NCBI GenBank assembly: GCA_013265495.1
Contig: MU057947.1
Span: 1,263,070-1,327,069, forward strand
Reading direction: 5' to 3'
DNA length: 64,000 bases
Source of the DNA: Vicugna vicugna
Taxonomy: Eukaryota
In this document: one piece after another, positions 22,471-35,584 of the stretch
Layout of the letters: the number at the start of each line of letters is the position of its first letter
Numbering within the stretch: the stretch's first letter is position 1
Program-made: the position numbers and the translations under genes
Notes under the pieces: model-generated
The model's database searches: none
Seen by the model: the letters and a program-made list of their open reading frames with translations, nothing else
Told to the model about the DNA's origin: nothing

Positions 22471-24091
22471 TCATTCTGAGTTATCTGAATACGGAGAGCC
22501 CCGCGCCAGGTGCCCATCACCGCAAGGTAGCCCACGCCTGGCTGCAGGTCTGCCAGGATGCTGGGCACCACTCTCACTGGGGCAGCATGTGCAGTGGCTG
22601 AGAGGCGGGTGCTGGGACGGGTCTGCCTTGGGGGCAGGCTGTGGTTTCCCTGGGATGTTGTGGCTGAAGCGGTGGGGTTTGCACACTTGCAAACGTGATG
22701 CTCTGGGGCCTCCCTAGTGAGCAGCACTTCAAGTTTCGTTGATTTTCCAATCAAGCTAAGTAAGAGAGGTGGCTCTTCTCTGGAAATCGTGTCATCAGTA
22801 CCTTGAAGTTGAAGATGGTCCTCAGAGGGTGCAGGGTGTTTAGGGAAGAGCGTCAAGTCCAAGCCGTTCTCCCCAGATAAACGCAGACTGATTGCCACCT
22901 GCTCCAAAATCAAGGTTGATAACGTTACAGCCATAAGAGCATTCATTTCCATACTAATTTCTTTCAGGAAAGAATTTGGGAAAGTCCTGACCCTGTAATC
23001 CTTTATGAAAAGTGAAACCGGATATGTTGGATGATGTCACGGGAAGGTGGTCCCCAAAACCCGGATGCCGAGGACGTGGTCATTTGTCATTGCTGAACAG
23101 CAGTGGGGCGTTTGCTCGGGTCTGGGGGCTGCGGACCCCTCCCTCGCCTGATGGAGGAGCTGAAGCTTTGTGGAGAGAGAAGGTGGCCCTTGAGCTATCT
23201 GCCCGCCTCCAGAGAGACCAAGAACTGCTCTCTCCAGGAGGCAACATGGCACCTTTTCAGCCACACTTCCCGTCAACAGAGGATCCTGTTTTCATTTTAG
23301 AGAGCAGTGCAGTCACGGAGGAGAGGCTTTAAAGCTGGAAAGGACATGGAGATCATCGCCTGGGACTCTCCTTTTCACAGGTCTTAGTGGAGAAATTGGG
23401 AGGAAAAGCTGGTGCGTGGCCGAGAGGTGGCTGTTCAGGCTGTCCGCTCCCCTCTCCTCTGGCTGTGCTCAAATGTCTTTTGTCACTTCTTTCTAAAACC
23501 CCCTTTCTTTTTTTTAAGTGAGGTTGAATCTGAATTTTCTGCAGGGATAAGTGAGTGATTGGAGGTGCAGACCTGGGGGTCTCCAGGGAACCCACCCTCC
23601 CGCCCCCCCAGCCAGCAGAGGCTTCAGCCCCTCCAGCTCCCAGGAGCACCTCCACCACCCCTGCTGGTGCACACCTGTCCCCACTGGCTCTGCACAGCTC
23701 CACGTGTTACCTTGGACAGCGCACTCAGAGTGTGGGTGGAGAGCAAGATTTCCATGTTCGTCACCGTCTCCTGGAGCTGGTGCCCCAGGCCCGGGGTCAG
23801 ATGGAGGTCTTGGGGGTCACCCCCTCCTGCTCTGCAGGGCGAGGGACGTCTCAGGCAGGAGGAGTCCTTGTTCCCAAAGTCTTTACCCTCTGCCTGATTC
23901 AAATGAGTCTATCTAGGGTGAGACACCACGTTTATGCAATAGGACCTCCCCTGAATTTCTTATGTGAAAACGGCCCGAAGACAGTAACTGTCCCTGAATT
24001 TCCATCATCGGACTCAATCAGTGATATTGAAATCAGAATCTCAGTCGATGTTAGTCACACTTCAGAATATTCCACAGTAGACAAGAGGGCG

Positions 24092-24529
24092 TGCCCCAGG
24101 TTCCCCACCCTTCTCCCAACTATAATCTGTCTGTCTTCCCCACCGGATGAAGGTCTGTTAAGGCAGGGACCTGCCCTCCTTAACCTCATTGTCCTCATGC
24201 GAGGAGTTCGATGTCCGACGTAGAGGAGTCATGCAAGAGAATGAACAAAGCGACCACTCAGCGGCTCCGTGAAGGAATCCCCTTCTACAGTGACACCTGT
24301 TTTCTCTTTGGGGCATTCACCTTCGAAGGAGAGCATTGCTGGGGTCCTGAGAAAGGACAGGGATGTGTCTGTCCACATCGAAAGATTACAGTGGGTTCCT
24401 CTGACCATCCAAGGTGTTTGGATCCCACAGCCGACTGACCCCCAACAAGACCCCATGACAGTGGGCCCCAGACTCACCTCAGAGGAAGACCCACACCCAG
24501 GACTGACGCCCCCTTTCCTCACTTATCCT
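24092..24529 (-). repeat. Inverted repeat, right arm
   Basis: Reverse complement of 22024-22470 with substitutions, a ~17 nt insertion (~24408-24424) and a ~27 nt deletion. Confidence 0.95.
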
Positions 24530-25172
24530 TGTCTGACTTGATTAAAAACCAACGGTTTGAGTTTTTATTTCAAAGGGGGCAAACCTCAGTGTCTGAATGC
24601 ACGCAACATGGCTTTGCACCCAGACTCTTCCTAGACCTTGACTCGCGGCCCGTGTGTCCTCCTGGACTGCATTATTCTGGTCATATCTTCGGCCATTGCT
24701 GTGTTTTCGTTGTGGGGCCTGGAACCGTGATTTCTGCATGTTCCTCGTTTTTGCCCTCCCACTCGGCACACAGTGACGTGTTATCTGTAGACGCCAGTAG
24801 AGTCTAGCTCTGCCTTTGAGGTCTTCGACTTGGTCTTCTCACTGGAGCGGTCCGTGTTCCCCCCACTGCAGTGTTTTCTGTTCCAGGACCTTGGACAGCT
24901 CCCCGCGACTTCCAGACGTGGGTAAAGCGTTGAGACGTGGAGGCGGGTTCTCCCCAGTCTGGACTCGGCTGGCCCGTGCAGTCTCGTCTCCCGCGTGGTG
25001 GCTGTGGGCTTGCGAGGCCCCCGTTCCTCCTCACTCCTGCACGCGACACCCTTTGGAACCATGACCATCTCCAGGGCTCTCCCCTCCAACACTCGTTCTT
25101 GCTCATTCTCACGACCTTCTGGCCTGGACACCTGGTTTTCACCTCCCTGCTTTGAGCCTCCACAGAAAATCC

Positions 25173-25290
25173 TTCATTCATTCATTCAGCCATCGAACAT
25201 TTGCATACCTCCTATTATGTGCTTGGTACTTTGATAGAACATAGAAATGAGAACATCATGGTCCCTGGCCTCGGATTCATTGCTGTAAAA
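25173..25290 (-). mobile_element. L2 3'-end fragment
   Basis: 'ttcattcattcattcagccatcgaacatttg...cctcctattatgtgcttggtac...atggtccctggcctc' is the antisense L2 tail. Confidence 0.7.
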
Positions 25291-25309
25291 ATGAATGATC
25301 TGTGTATTC

Positions 25310-26700
25310 AATCCTTTCTTCCCTCCCATCCCCTCCTCAGTGCTCTCCAGCCGGCTTCTACCCCTCTTCTGCTCCCACCACTTCACCCAAACCTCCTTCT
25401 TACGGCCACTCATGTCCTCTGTGTTGCTAAATCCAATAGAAAATTTTCATCTTCATCTTACTTTTCACCCACTTTGGACACGGCCGTCTCCCCTGCCACG
25501 CTGTGCTCTCCGTGTTCAGGGTAATCACTACATTAGAGGCAGGAAACGTGTCATGCTTTGTTAGGAGATTAACGGGTCGCAGTGGACGCTGCCGGGCTGG
25601 GAGGAGACTGTTGAGGGAGCAGATCAGGAGAGTTCACCCTTCCTCCTGGTGGGATTCCTGCTCGGAGCCTCGTTTCCCTGGGCCTTCTCCTCTCTGGTCT
25701 CTCCCCATCGGGCGCTGGTCACAGGCCCTGTTCTCCCCTCCCTGGTTCTGTCCCTCGTGGGTAAGAAGACATTCTCATGGTTCCCTGTGCCACCCAGGCG
25801 CTTGGGAAGGTAACACTGGCCTCGCCATTCAGACCTCTCCCAAGCTCCAGACTTGTATCCACCTGCCTGCTGACAGCTCCACCTGACGTCTCCCCAGAAC
25901 CAGGAACTGAACACATCCGAAACTCATCATCTTCACCCCTCGTTTCCCTCCCTCCATGATTATCTCCCCAAACCACATTATAAGCAAACCCAAAGGAGAA
26001 GCCGGGTCCTCCTCTAGAATATCCCGGGCCAGCAGAGGCACCGAGGATGGCACTGCTGAGGCTGGAACCACCCCACCTCACGTCCGGTCCCTTTCCAGGT
26101 CCTGGGAGTCCTTCTCCTCCGCCCACCCCCTCAACCCCACACCGTTCTCCGCCTGGACCGTCGCAGCCCTTCCCTGCCGGCTTTCCTTCCGTCCCCCTGG
26201 CCCTTGGACACCGCAGCAGCGTGGTCTCTAAACGCAAACTGCTCTCCGGCTGAACCCTTTACTGAGCAGCTTCGCTCTGAAGGCCCCCGCTCCCAGCCCT
26301 GCCTGCCCCAGCTGCTGCCTCGCAGCTCTCCTCTGCGCACCTCTGTCCACCCGGAGCCCTGCACCCTCCAGCTCCTGTTCACTTGGGAGACTTTGGGTTT
26401 GCTTAAGCGTCTGCTCAGGAGGCTCTGTGCTTACCCCACTCCTCACCCCCCGCGGCTCGAGTATCACTTCCTAAGGGTGTATTACCTGCCCCGAGGGCAC
26501 GTTTATACAGAATCTGCCCGAGTGTTACAGCAGCCGTCATCGTTAAAGGAAACCCTTTTTCTTGTGTAAGTGTTTATCCCCTCTCTGCTTCGCTTGTAAA
26601 CTTGCAGGAAGGAGTGTATGAGCTTGTTTACTCCCACGTCCCCAAGCCCAGGGCTGCACTGGACATAGGAGACGGACGTGGAGAGGTTGACGGGCTGAGG
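25310..26700 (+). mobile_element. L2 LINE remnant (RT region to 3' end), fragmented
   Basis: 'gttgctaaatccaatag...tcatcttacttt', 'cagacctctcccaagctccagacttgtatccacctgcctgctgacagctccacctg' and 'cttgtaaacttgcaggaagg'. Confidence 0.7.
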
Positions 26701-27194
26701 GAGGTCACCGCTGACCCCCTCCCAGCACTCCTGCTTCCTGCTAAACTGTCCGCTCCGTCCCTGCACTTCTGCTCTGTCACGCTTGCCTCCCCCACTGCGG
26801 GAGAGAGAGGGGTGTAGTGTGATGGTCTCAAACTCACCTCTACGGAGTGACCTTGAGTGCAGCTCAGAGGATTTGGCGGCCACTCGCAGTGGGATCGGAT
26901 TTCATCAGACATGCTGTTCGCTCCCCTTTCCTCCCGATGACCATCAGAAAGAGTTTTCCTTTCCCTTTTTTCGAGTTTATGGCCTCCGTGGTTCGATTAC
27001 AGTTATAGTGCCCCTAACAGCTGTTACTCCCTGCAACAGTGGGCCAGCAATGAAGCTGAGCTCGGGCTTAATGGAAATTGTCCCTTGAAAGGCTTGAATT
27101 TGGAACATTTATTCTCCATTAATTTCAAGTAGACCCTAAATGGAGCAAAACACCCCCTGCCTTTCCTCTGAGTTGCAGGCCTGAGCTGGCGAAC

Positions 27195-27213
27195 GGTCAG
27201 CAGGTGGCCTAGC
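27195..27213 (+). promoter_or_regulatory. Candidate CTCF site
   Basis: GGTCAGCAGGTGGCCT resembles the CTCF core CCASYAGRKGGC. Motif match only. Confidence 0.3.
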
Positions 27214-30200
27214 TCGACTGCGGGCTGTGCGGTGTGCGGGTTTTAGGGAAGGAGTTCACACCCTGCTTACGTCGTTCCTGCTGGCTGCCGGGCCCCGCTG
27301 AGCTTAGTCGCTGCTGCAGTGCTGAGTAGATTCCGGTGCCCTCTCAGGACAGAGGGATGTGGAATTTAACTGCCTGTGCAGATGCTGGGGGAGACGCAGA
27401 GGCGGCTATGGGGGAGAGGCTGAAAGATTCTGTCCTGGGTGGGGAAGCAGGTGGCTGAGGAGTCCCGTCTCCTGCATCTGTCCCCCCCACCCGGGGTCTC
27501 CTGTAGTGAAACCCGACTTTGGGACCAGCGGCAGCTCCAGGAATTCCCCTGAGCACTGTCTGCGTGGTGACCCAGTTGGCGGGGCTGGAAGCTGCGTTTG
27601 CGTCAGCTTCATATGAAGTTGGGAAAACGCCAGCGGTGGTTCAGGAGTGCCGGGTGTTGACCTCTAACCTGCCCTCCCACGCTGGGAGTCGGTGGTGGAC
27701 GTGATCTGAGACGTAGCAGTCTGGCTCCAAAAATACACCTTCCCTGCTGAACCGTCCTGTCTCCAAACCCGTGGACAAACCCGAGTTGTGAGGAAGCACG
27801 AGCAGAGGTCCTTTCTCATCGGGGACTCGTGAGACTGCGGACAGAATGGCGTTGGAACTGTCCTTTGTGGTATCTGTGGAAAGCCGAAGCCAGACCTTCG
27901 TGTGTATCCAAGTTACGACACTCAGTAGAAAAAAGACACAAATTGTTTATGTGCTGGTTTATAGTTTGCAAAGGGATTTTACGCATTATTTGCTTTCTCT
28001 GTGTCCAGCCTGGGCTTTGAGCTTTGCCGGAGGAAACGCTACAGCTCTTCGGTTGGTGCCCCCTGCTCTGCTGTGGCCTCCCAGCCCCCGGCCCCGGCAC
28101 CGGTGGACAGGCCTCTGCTTGTCTGCCTTTGTGCTTTTCCAGTCCCGTCCACCAGGGATCTGAACACTAACATGAGGCTTATCAGCTCAGGAGAGCATGG
28201 CCGTGAAGTGACCATGTCTTCTGACTTGTCTTCAGCCGTGTGTTGCAGCCAGTTTCTGCCTCCTGCTGGCGTCTTGCCAGGAACCGCAGATGTCTGGTCA
28301 CCGCGTTCATTAAAAGCCCGAGTGAATCCAGTTTGAACTCCAGTCTTGTCTTCTCCCCACCCCCACGAGGCCCTAGTGAGCTGCGGTGGAGGGAGGTGTA
28401 GTCCAGCCCCTCACGCCTCCCCTCCCGTCCAGGACCCTGTCTCCCCTGGCCCGTGAGGGTGGGAGAGGGCCCTGTGTCCTCACCTGGCCGTGGTCACTGC
28501 CCCTCTGAATGGCAGCCGCCAGTGCTGCCCTCTGGCGGCTGCCTCTGTGAGCTGCCTGGGAGGGTGCTACTAGGGGTCGCTCCAGGCCCCTTCCCTGTCC
28601 TGGAGAGCCTCTTCCAGCGCCCTCTCACCCTGCCTCGGAGCCCCTGCTCCTGGGGTCCCCCCGCCCAGTGGCTGCCCACTCAGGTGGGGTACAGCAGAAT
28701 TACTCAAGCCCAGCCCCGCTGCCCTGTGTCCACTCAACCCAGCAGCAGCCTGCAGGGGCCCGCTGCCCTCCGTGCGCCCTTCTGTCCAGCACCCCTGTTA
28801 AGGGAGGGAGCAGGAGGCGGTGAGCCAGCCTTTAGGAAAGCCCAGTCTAACCCTTGTTTCTGTTCGCAGTCCGAGAGCCAAGTTCTTTTTAATTCTTTGC
28901 CCCAGGGAGGCGGGGCAGGAAGGGAGCCCCCGCCCTCCCTTCTAAGCAAGGCGTGAGCTCTGAAGTCTTGACTCTCCTCCGCCCACCTCTAGGCTGCAGC
29001 TTCTATGGGCCTGGGCAGGGGAGACGGGGCTGAGCTGGGGGCAGCAGGGCCAGTGGGACCACTTCTCATTCGGTGTTGAGGGGCTCTCTGCCTCCCAGTT
29101 GCTTGCAGTGCTCCAAGTCTCTGATAGGTCTGTGTCCTCAGCTTTGGGTTCTGAGAGCCAAGTTTGATGGGACAGCTAAAGCTGCTCATCCTCCTGCAAA
29201 TCTTTCTCTCTCAACTCTGCCGCCCCCTCATCTCCAGTGGGGGCCGTGCCCCCTTCCTCCCTGGTCCCTCCAGGTGCGAGGGCGGCCAGACCTCTTCCAG
29301 GTGCCTCCCCCGCCGTGTCCTCTGGATCTTTGTTCCTTTCCTGCTTTCTCCCCTCCCTCCTCAGCCATCCCAGGGGTTCGTCAGACTTTCATCAGGATAC
29401 CATACACAAACAACCAGAAAGCCATCAGTACTTGTCCACTCTGAGAAGCTGGTGTGTCCTGGCGGCTGAGATGTAAAAGGCCTCAGTGTAGCTTTCTGAG
29501 ACTAGAGATCTTTTAAAGGTAATTAATTGAAAACACTGTCCTGTTGATTCACTAACTACTGGACTATTTGATTTTTCATTTTCTTCTGCGTCAGTTTTGT
29601 CCTCTTCTGCATTCTAATTAGAATCTTCGTGGCTCTGGTCAAACGTTGCTGGACTCTCCGGCCTTGGGACTCAGCCAGACTGGCACGTGAGGGTTCCTTC
29701 TGCCCGTACACGTGTGCCTCAGTGCTCGGTTGGCTGCTGTCTTCTGACACAGTGAAGGGTCAGCTTTGTGTTCAACCACAGGGCTTTAATAAACTGAAAC
29801 ACTGTGTTTCCCAGGACTGTTAAAATGGGTATTTTTAGGAAGAAAGAAAACCCTCATAAACCATCTAACTTCTCAAGAAGATTGGCTTTTTAGTGATTTG
29901 TTTTTTTCTGAAGAATAAGTCACCACATTTGTATATTTAAAGTGGGAATATATTTAAATGATTACAAACCAGATGCATTTGCAAACCTTTCAAGAGCAAC
30001 AGCTCCATCAAGGAAGTGCTTAAATAAAAAACAAATTATTGCAATTTTCAGGTTGAGTAATAAAGTGTGTGTTATTGCAGTGGCTAATATATGCATTTAA
30101 TGAAGTATATCTGTCTTCCTAAAGGAGCGCCACCAATCAATTTGGGATGAACTCAGTGTAATGAGGAAACAAACACTGTTCCATATGGTTTAAAATCCCC

Positions 30201-30394
30201 ACGCGTCTAATAGTACCTTACCCTAATCAGAAAATAGTTAGTGTCATCTGTTCACCCAATTCTGTGCTAAGTCCCATGGGATTTGTCACCAGTAGTGTCC
30301 AACTGTGCCCCCAGGGAGCCTACCATCAGGTGGGGGAAGGGAGGCTGACCGCCACAGAGCCAACATCACACAACCTCTCGTCCTGTGGTTGGGA

Positions 30395-30565
30395 CTGAGG
30401 GCTTTGGAGTCAGACAGTCCTGGATTTGAAATCTAGCATCTTTTAACTGCTGGCAGATTTGAGGAAATTTCCTAAACTTTCTGAAGTTTGATTTTTCTTA
30501 TATGTTAAGTGGAAATAATAATGATAAGAATCATATCTACAGGCTAAGGTCATTGGCAGGCTTGT
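30395..30565 (+). mobile_element. MIR SINE
   Basis: 'ggctttggagtcagacagtcctggatttgaaatct...cctaaacttttctgaagtttgatttttcttatatgttaagtggaaataataat' is the MIR core. Confidence 0.8.
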
Positions 30566-30587
30566 AAAGGCATTTAAAACATTTATT

Positions 30588-30882
30588 GTGATGATGATCC
30601 TGGTGATGGTGATGATGGTGGTGATGGTGATGGTGATGTGATGATGGTGATGATGATGACGGTGATAATGTGATGTGATGATGATGATGATGGTGATGTG
30701 ATGATGATATTGATGGTGATGATGAAGATGGTGGTGATGAAAATGGTGATGATGGTGATGGTGATGATGATGGTGGTGATGATAATGTGATGTGATGATG
30801 ATGATGGTGGTGATGTGATGATGATGGTGATGACGATGATGATGGTGACGATGAAGATGGTGATGATGGTGGTGATGATGAT
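30588..30882. repeat. (GAT/GGT)n trinucleotide-type simple repeat, ~295 bp
   Basis: Seen directly. Confidence 0.95.
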
Positions 30883-31849
30883 ACCAGCCAGTTATTTAAC
30901 AGTTAATGGGTGCTACTAATCAATGACATGGAATCTTCTAGGCTGCAGATGTAGTTGGAGAAGGTAAGATGACATTCGCTCAAGGAGGGATTTAAAGGCT
31001 GATCAGATTCAGAATGGGAGGAAAAGCAACATTTTATGCCTTGTTGCTCCAGACCTTGTGATTTAGTCTGCTAACTTGATTTCCTGGTTAATTAGTTTAG
31101 TCTTATAGCTGTTGGAACTATTTTTATAATATTTAGTGCATACCTTTCTAAAATTGTCTGTAACCTAATGATGTCATGTCCATGAGTTATCACAGAACAG
31201 AGTTCAAAATTGCTATCAAAACTGTATTTCCAAATATGACAGTTCCTTAACTTGCATTTTTCAGAAAACAAAGAAGACCCATACCCTTCTTCTCCCTCAT
31301 CCTTTTCTCTTACTTGCCTGCTTGCTTCCAGACCTCTCTCAAGACGTTCTGGAAGATCTCCTTGCAGTCTGCCCAGTTCATTTTTTTCCACCTTTTCCTT
31401 CTCTCCTCAACCTGACTTGGCCTCAAAGACTCCAGCTGGGGGAGCAGAGTGAGGCTGTGGGAGAAACGGTGAGAGAGAGCCTTTTGTCCTTGGCCAGCAA
31501 GGGGAGTGCAAATGCAGACAACACTTCCACATCAGCTTAGGTCTGCACGGGCATCTCACAGTCTGCATGCAGAGTGGTGCATGCCGTCCTGCCTAGTTAA
31601 TGGAAGACACTGGCCCTTGCAAACTGCCTGCTGCACGGCACCTTCTTGGGCATCCAGGCCATCTCAGGTGACGGCTGCAGTGAGCAGGACACTCGCCCAC
31701 CACACTGGTGAGCATTGAGTCTGAGAGCTTCCAGTGAGGCAGGCTGATGCCTTGAGGGCCAAGTTGCTCTGCAGAGCGACCCACCCACACTGAAGTCATC
31801 CCAGGTGTGCTCTGCCTCCTTCCTGAGGTTAGCAACTAAAACATAATTA

Positions 31850-32003
31850 AGTAACCCATAATGGAAAAGACACTGAAAAAGAAAAACATGTGTACACACA
31901 CACACACACACACACACACGTTTAACTGAATCACTTTGCCGAACACCTAAAACTAACACAAAATAGTAAATCCCCTATACTTCAAGAAACAAAGGGAAAA
32001 AAG
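31850..32003 (+). mobile_element. L1 3'-terminal fragment containing (CA)n
   Basis: 'taacccataatggaaaag...aactgaatcactttgccgaacacctaaaactaacacaa...tatacttcaa' followed by an A-rich tail. Confidence 0.8.
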
Positions 32004-32924
32004 TGTAATTTAGGGTCTTCACTGCCCCTTGACTGTGCTCCGCCTCTCCTGTTACCTCCAGCGTCTGCTCGCTGTTCTCTTCCCACATTTCCATGTTATT
32101 TTCCTTGTCTATGCCCTTCCTTCCCGATGTCTTTCTAGATGCCCCTGGAATCTTACAGCTGTCACTGGGAGTGAAAATGAAGAGGTCAGTTTGCCTACTG
32201 GCTGGGTCCTATGGACAGTCTTTGCATCTTTGGCCATTTTTATTTTCAGCAGATCATTGCACTCACCACAGTCTCTGAGATTTACAGAAATTCCAGGAAA
32301 TTGAGCTTCTCTGTGTCCCATATGGAGAAGCGAGCCAGTTCCTTCTGTCTTCTGCTGTGAACATTCGATGATGGAAGAGTTCACTGCTGTGCAGAGATCT
32401 GTGTGGAAGGGAGAGCCTCAGAGAACTGAACGTGCATTATCCAAGGTCAACTCTGAGATCATTGTAGGAGACCGGTATTGCTCGTGGCTCCAGGAAAGAG
32501 TGAATGGCACCCAGAGAGACCCATAATCAAACACTTTCCGAGCGCGATTCAGTGCACATTTAACAATGGTGGCATTCCGTTGTCAGCATTGGCAGCATGT
32601 GGGGACCAGTGCAGCCCGGGCAGGGGTTTGACGGGGCTCTGTGGGCTGGAGGTGGCTGAGCGACATCCACGCGGGAGCAGGGCCGACAGGACGGGCTGGG
32701 GGGCTGAGTGCTGGGCGCACGCGGCTCAGGGGCGCTCCCGGGAAGGAGGGCAGCGGGGGAAGGACGGAGGGACAGTTCGCAGTGAGAGGCACAGGGGCGT
32801 GTCTTATGAACTGCTGCATTTTTGGACAAAATTATGTGTGTAACACACATGACGTGTGAAAGTGTACTGACGAACCAGAGACCCCCGGACCCACCAGCCA
32901 AGTTATGAAAGTGCCAGCTGCCAA

Positions 32925-33435
32925 CAACAGCAGAAAGCACAGCTTAGAAGTGGAGAGTTAGGTTTTACTTGGTGGACATTTCTGAGGACTTGAGCCCGGA
33001 TAACAGCCTCTCAAGTCACTCTGAGAAGCTGCTCCAAAGGGGCAGGGGAAGAGCTGGGATATAGAGGAGTTTTTGCAACAAAGACCAGGTAGTCAGAATG
33101 TCAAAAGATGACTGTTAATGAAAGAAAACCGAATGTGCCAAGTTTAAGGAATTTAGTGCTTTTCTGTGCACGGGAAGATGCGAAAGTCTGGGCTCACTGG
33201 AACCATTCCTTTGAGACGCACCTTAGCTATGTAGGCCAGTGTCCTGTTCTTCCCCGCCCTGAGTCCCCTTGGGGGGCACCGCTGGGGGCGGCTGCAGAGG
33301 CTGAGAGCTTGGCAGTGGGCAGCCTGCTTGTGTCCGTCCGCAGTGCCCTCCCGCTCACTGTCGGGGGAGGCGGCGGGAGCTGGCGGCTGCAGCGTCCTTT
33401 CCTTACTCATAGGGCAGGCAATACTTTTCGATCAC
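32925..33435 (-). mobile_element. ERV1-class solo LTR (cetartiodactyl family)
   Basis: 'cagcctctcaagtcactctgagaagctgctccaaag...gggatatagaggagtttttgcaacaaagaccaggtagtcagaa...ggaatttagtgcttttctgtgcacgggaagatgcgaaagtctgggctcactg', ending '...tcaca'. The left boundary may extend to ~32855. Confidence 0.75.
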
Positions 33436-33999
33436 AAAAGGGAACATCAGTGATTCTTTGAAGTCACTGTGTCCTCCCCACCCCAGTTCCCAATAGCGTC
33501 ACCCTCCCTTCCTGTCCAAGACCATCACCAGGTCAGGTTTTGTGGTTACCCTCCTTCTCCTGAGTTTTTATTACACGTACCAATCCCTAAACAGTATTTC
33601 ACTTAGTTTTGCAGAACCGTAGACTTTGCATAATCGTGATCATGCTGCATGCATCCTTCTGTTCTTTTCCTTCTTAATATGACGCTTGTGAGATTCATCC
33701 GCGGTGATGAATGGAAGGGATCATAGTTTGTTCATTTTTATTGCTTTACAGCATTCTGTTAAATGGAGATGGAATTATTTATCCATTCCGATGTCAATGG
33801 ATTACATTTGGGCTTTTTCTATTACAGAATGCTACTATAAATATTCTTGAGTTTGTCTCCTGGTACACAAAAGCAAACAAACTATATCTACCTATCTATC
33901 TATCTATCTATCTGGATATATATATATATCCCTATACATATATCTTTCAGCACATATGCACTTCTTCCCATTTAATGAGATAATGCCATTTTGTTTTCT

Positions 34000-34263
34000 T
34001 TTTTCCTCCACTGCACTGAGAGACACCTGACATACAGCACTGTGGAAGTTTTAAGGTGTGCACCATGTTGGTTTGATACACTTACATGTTGCAAAGTGAG
34101 TGCCACCCTAGGGTTAGTTATCACCTCCCTCATGTCACATAATTACCACTTCCTTTTTGTGGTGAGAACATTTAAGATCTACTTTCTTAGCAGCTTTCAA
34201 GTATGTAACACAGTTTTTTTAACTGTAATTACCACGCTGTAATTAGATCCCTAGAACTTACTC
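34000..34263 (-). mobile_element. L1MA9/10-like 3' end
   Basis: 'catgtcacataattaccacttcctttttgtggtgagaacatttaagatctactttcttagcagctttcaagtat...tagatccctagaacttact'. Confidence 0.8.
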
Positions 34264-34693
34264 TGCTTTCAAAATAATTTCGCCACTTTACACTCCCACC
34301 CAAAGCTCAGTTGCTCCTACTTCCTGTCCGAAGTTGCCTCTGTAAGGCTTCCCAGTGTTTTCTCAGTTGGCAGGTATGAGACGGTGTCTCAGTGTGGGTC
34401 TAGCTAATCCACGATTGTTAGTGAGGCAGGGAGTCTTTTCCTGTGTGTGTGAAACTTCTGTTTGAGATTTTTTTTTGCCTATTTTCCTATTGAATTGACT
34501 TTCTGCACATGTGTTTTAAAATTTTACTTGAATTTAAAAATATTCTAGATACTAAACTCTTTTTTTTAAGTTGCAAATACGGGTCATCACATGCCTTATG
34601 ATATGTTTCACCAACAGATATTTTTTTAACACAGTCAGATTTATCCATTTTCCCTTTACATTTGTGCTTCTTTCTCATGTTTAAAAATTATTT

Positions 34694-34908
34694 TGCAGAT
34701 ACTAACTACTATATATAAAATAGTTAACCAACAAGGTCCTACTATACAGCACAAGGAACTATATTCAATACCTTGTAATGGCCTATAATGAAAAAGAATC
34801 TGAAAAAAAAAATATATATATATATGTAAATATATATATAAAAACTGAAAAACTAAACTGAACATTAGAAATTAACAAACATTGCAAATCGACTGCTTCA
34901 ATAACAAA
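34694..34908 (+). mobile_element. Lineage-specific L1 3' end
   Basis: 'gcagatactaactactatatataaaatag...caacaaggtcctactatacagcacaaggaactatattcaataccttgtaatggcctataatgaaaaagaat', homologous to 9600-9800. Confidence 0.85.
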
Positions 34909-35584
34909 ATCATGTCCTACTTCAAATTCGTAAGTGTATTTTCCTAATTTTCTTTTCAAGGTGTTACAGGTTTGCCTTTCACATATAGATCTATATTATT
35001 CAGAACTGGCCCTTAGCAGAGGTCAGTGTGATGCAGTTTGTACAGCATAACTGTGATTTATTCATTTCATACTGTGTATTATTTCGTTGCGTAAATAAGC
35101 CACAATCTGTTTTTCTATCGAAAGACATGAGTTTATTTCTAGTCTCGGACTCTGCTGAGAAACGCAGCCGTCACACTCTGACACCTTTTTATTCTGTGGT
35201 TCTTGTGCTTGCTTGTCTGCTGGGCACAAACCGGGAGTGACGTTCCTGGACCCCAGGGCGCTGTGTGTTCCACGTTAGCAGACGGTGCAGGTCGTTCTCT
35301 CGAGAGTTTAAGCCGCTACCAGCAGGGTGTCAGAACTTCCGTTTCCCCGGTGCTCGCCAGCGTTCGGTGCTGTCGGTCATTGATTTCAGCCCTTTGGTGG
35401 GTGCGCAGTAGCTTTAGTCTGCTGCTCCTGACCGCCAGTGTTGCTGAGCACCTTCTCACACGTTCAGTAACTATCCGGATTTCTTCTTTCGTGCACAGCC
35501 TCTCCTTCCCCGTGTTCTCCGCCTGCGCCGCCCGTCGTTCTCGCGTCGCCCCGCAGGGCCCCTCGTGGAGCGTCTGGTGGGTTT

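Larger units (their letters stand above)
33470..35560 (-). mobile_element. Cluster of old L1ME-like fragments with nested younger L1 pieces
   Basis: Antisense L1 motifs 'gtgagattcatccgcgg', 'tttatccattcc', 'aatgctactataaatattcttg' and 'atattctagatactaaa'. Confidence 0.65.

Noticed and set aside
22139..24438. The same peptide (MSDVEESCKRMNKATTQRLREGIP) in two ORFs, suggesting paralogous genes
   Set aside because: It is simply the translation of the inverted-repeat core; the frames break outside it.
30588..30882. Poly-Asp/His/Met coding repeat or CRISPR-like array
   Set aside because: Simple GAT/GGT slippage repeat with frequent stops; no repeat-spacer structure.
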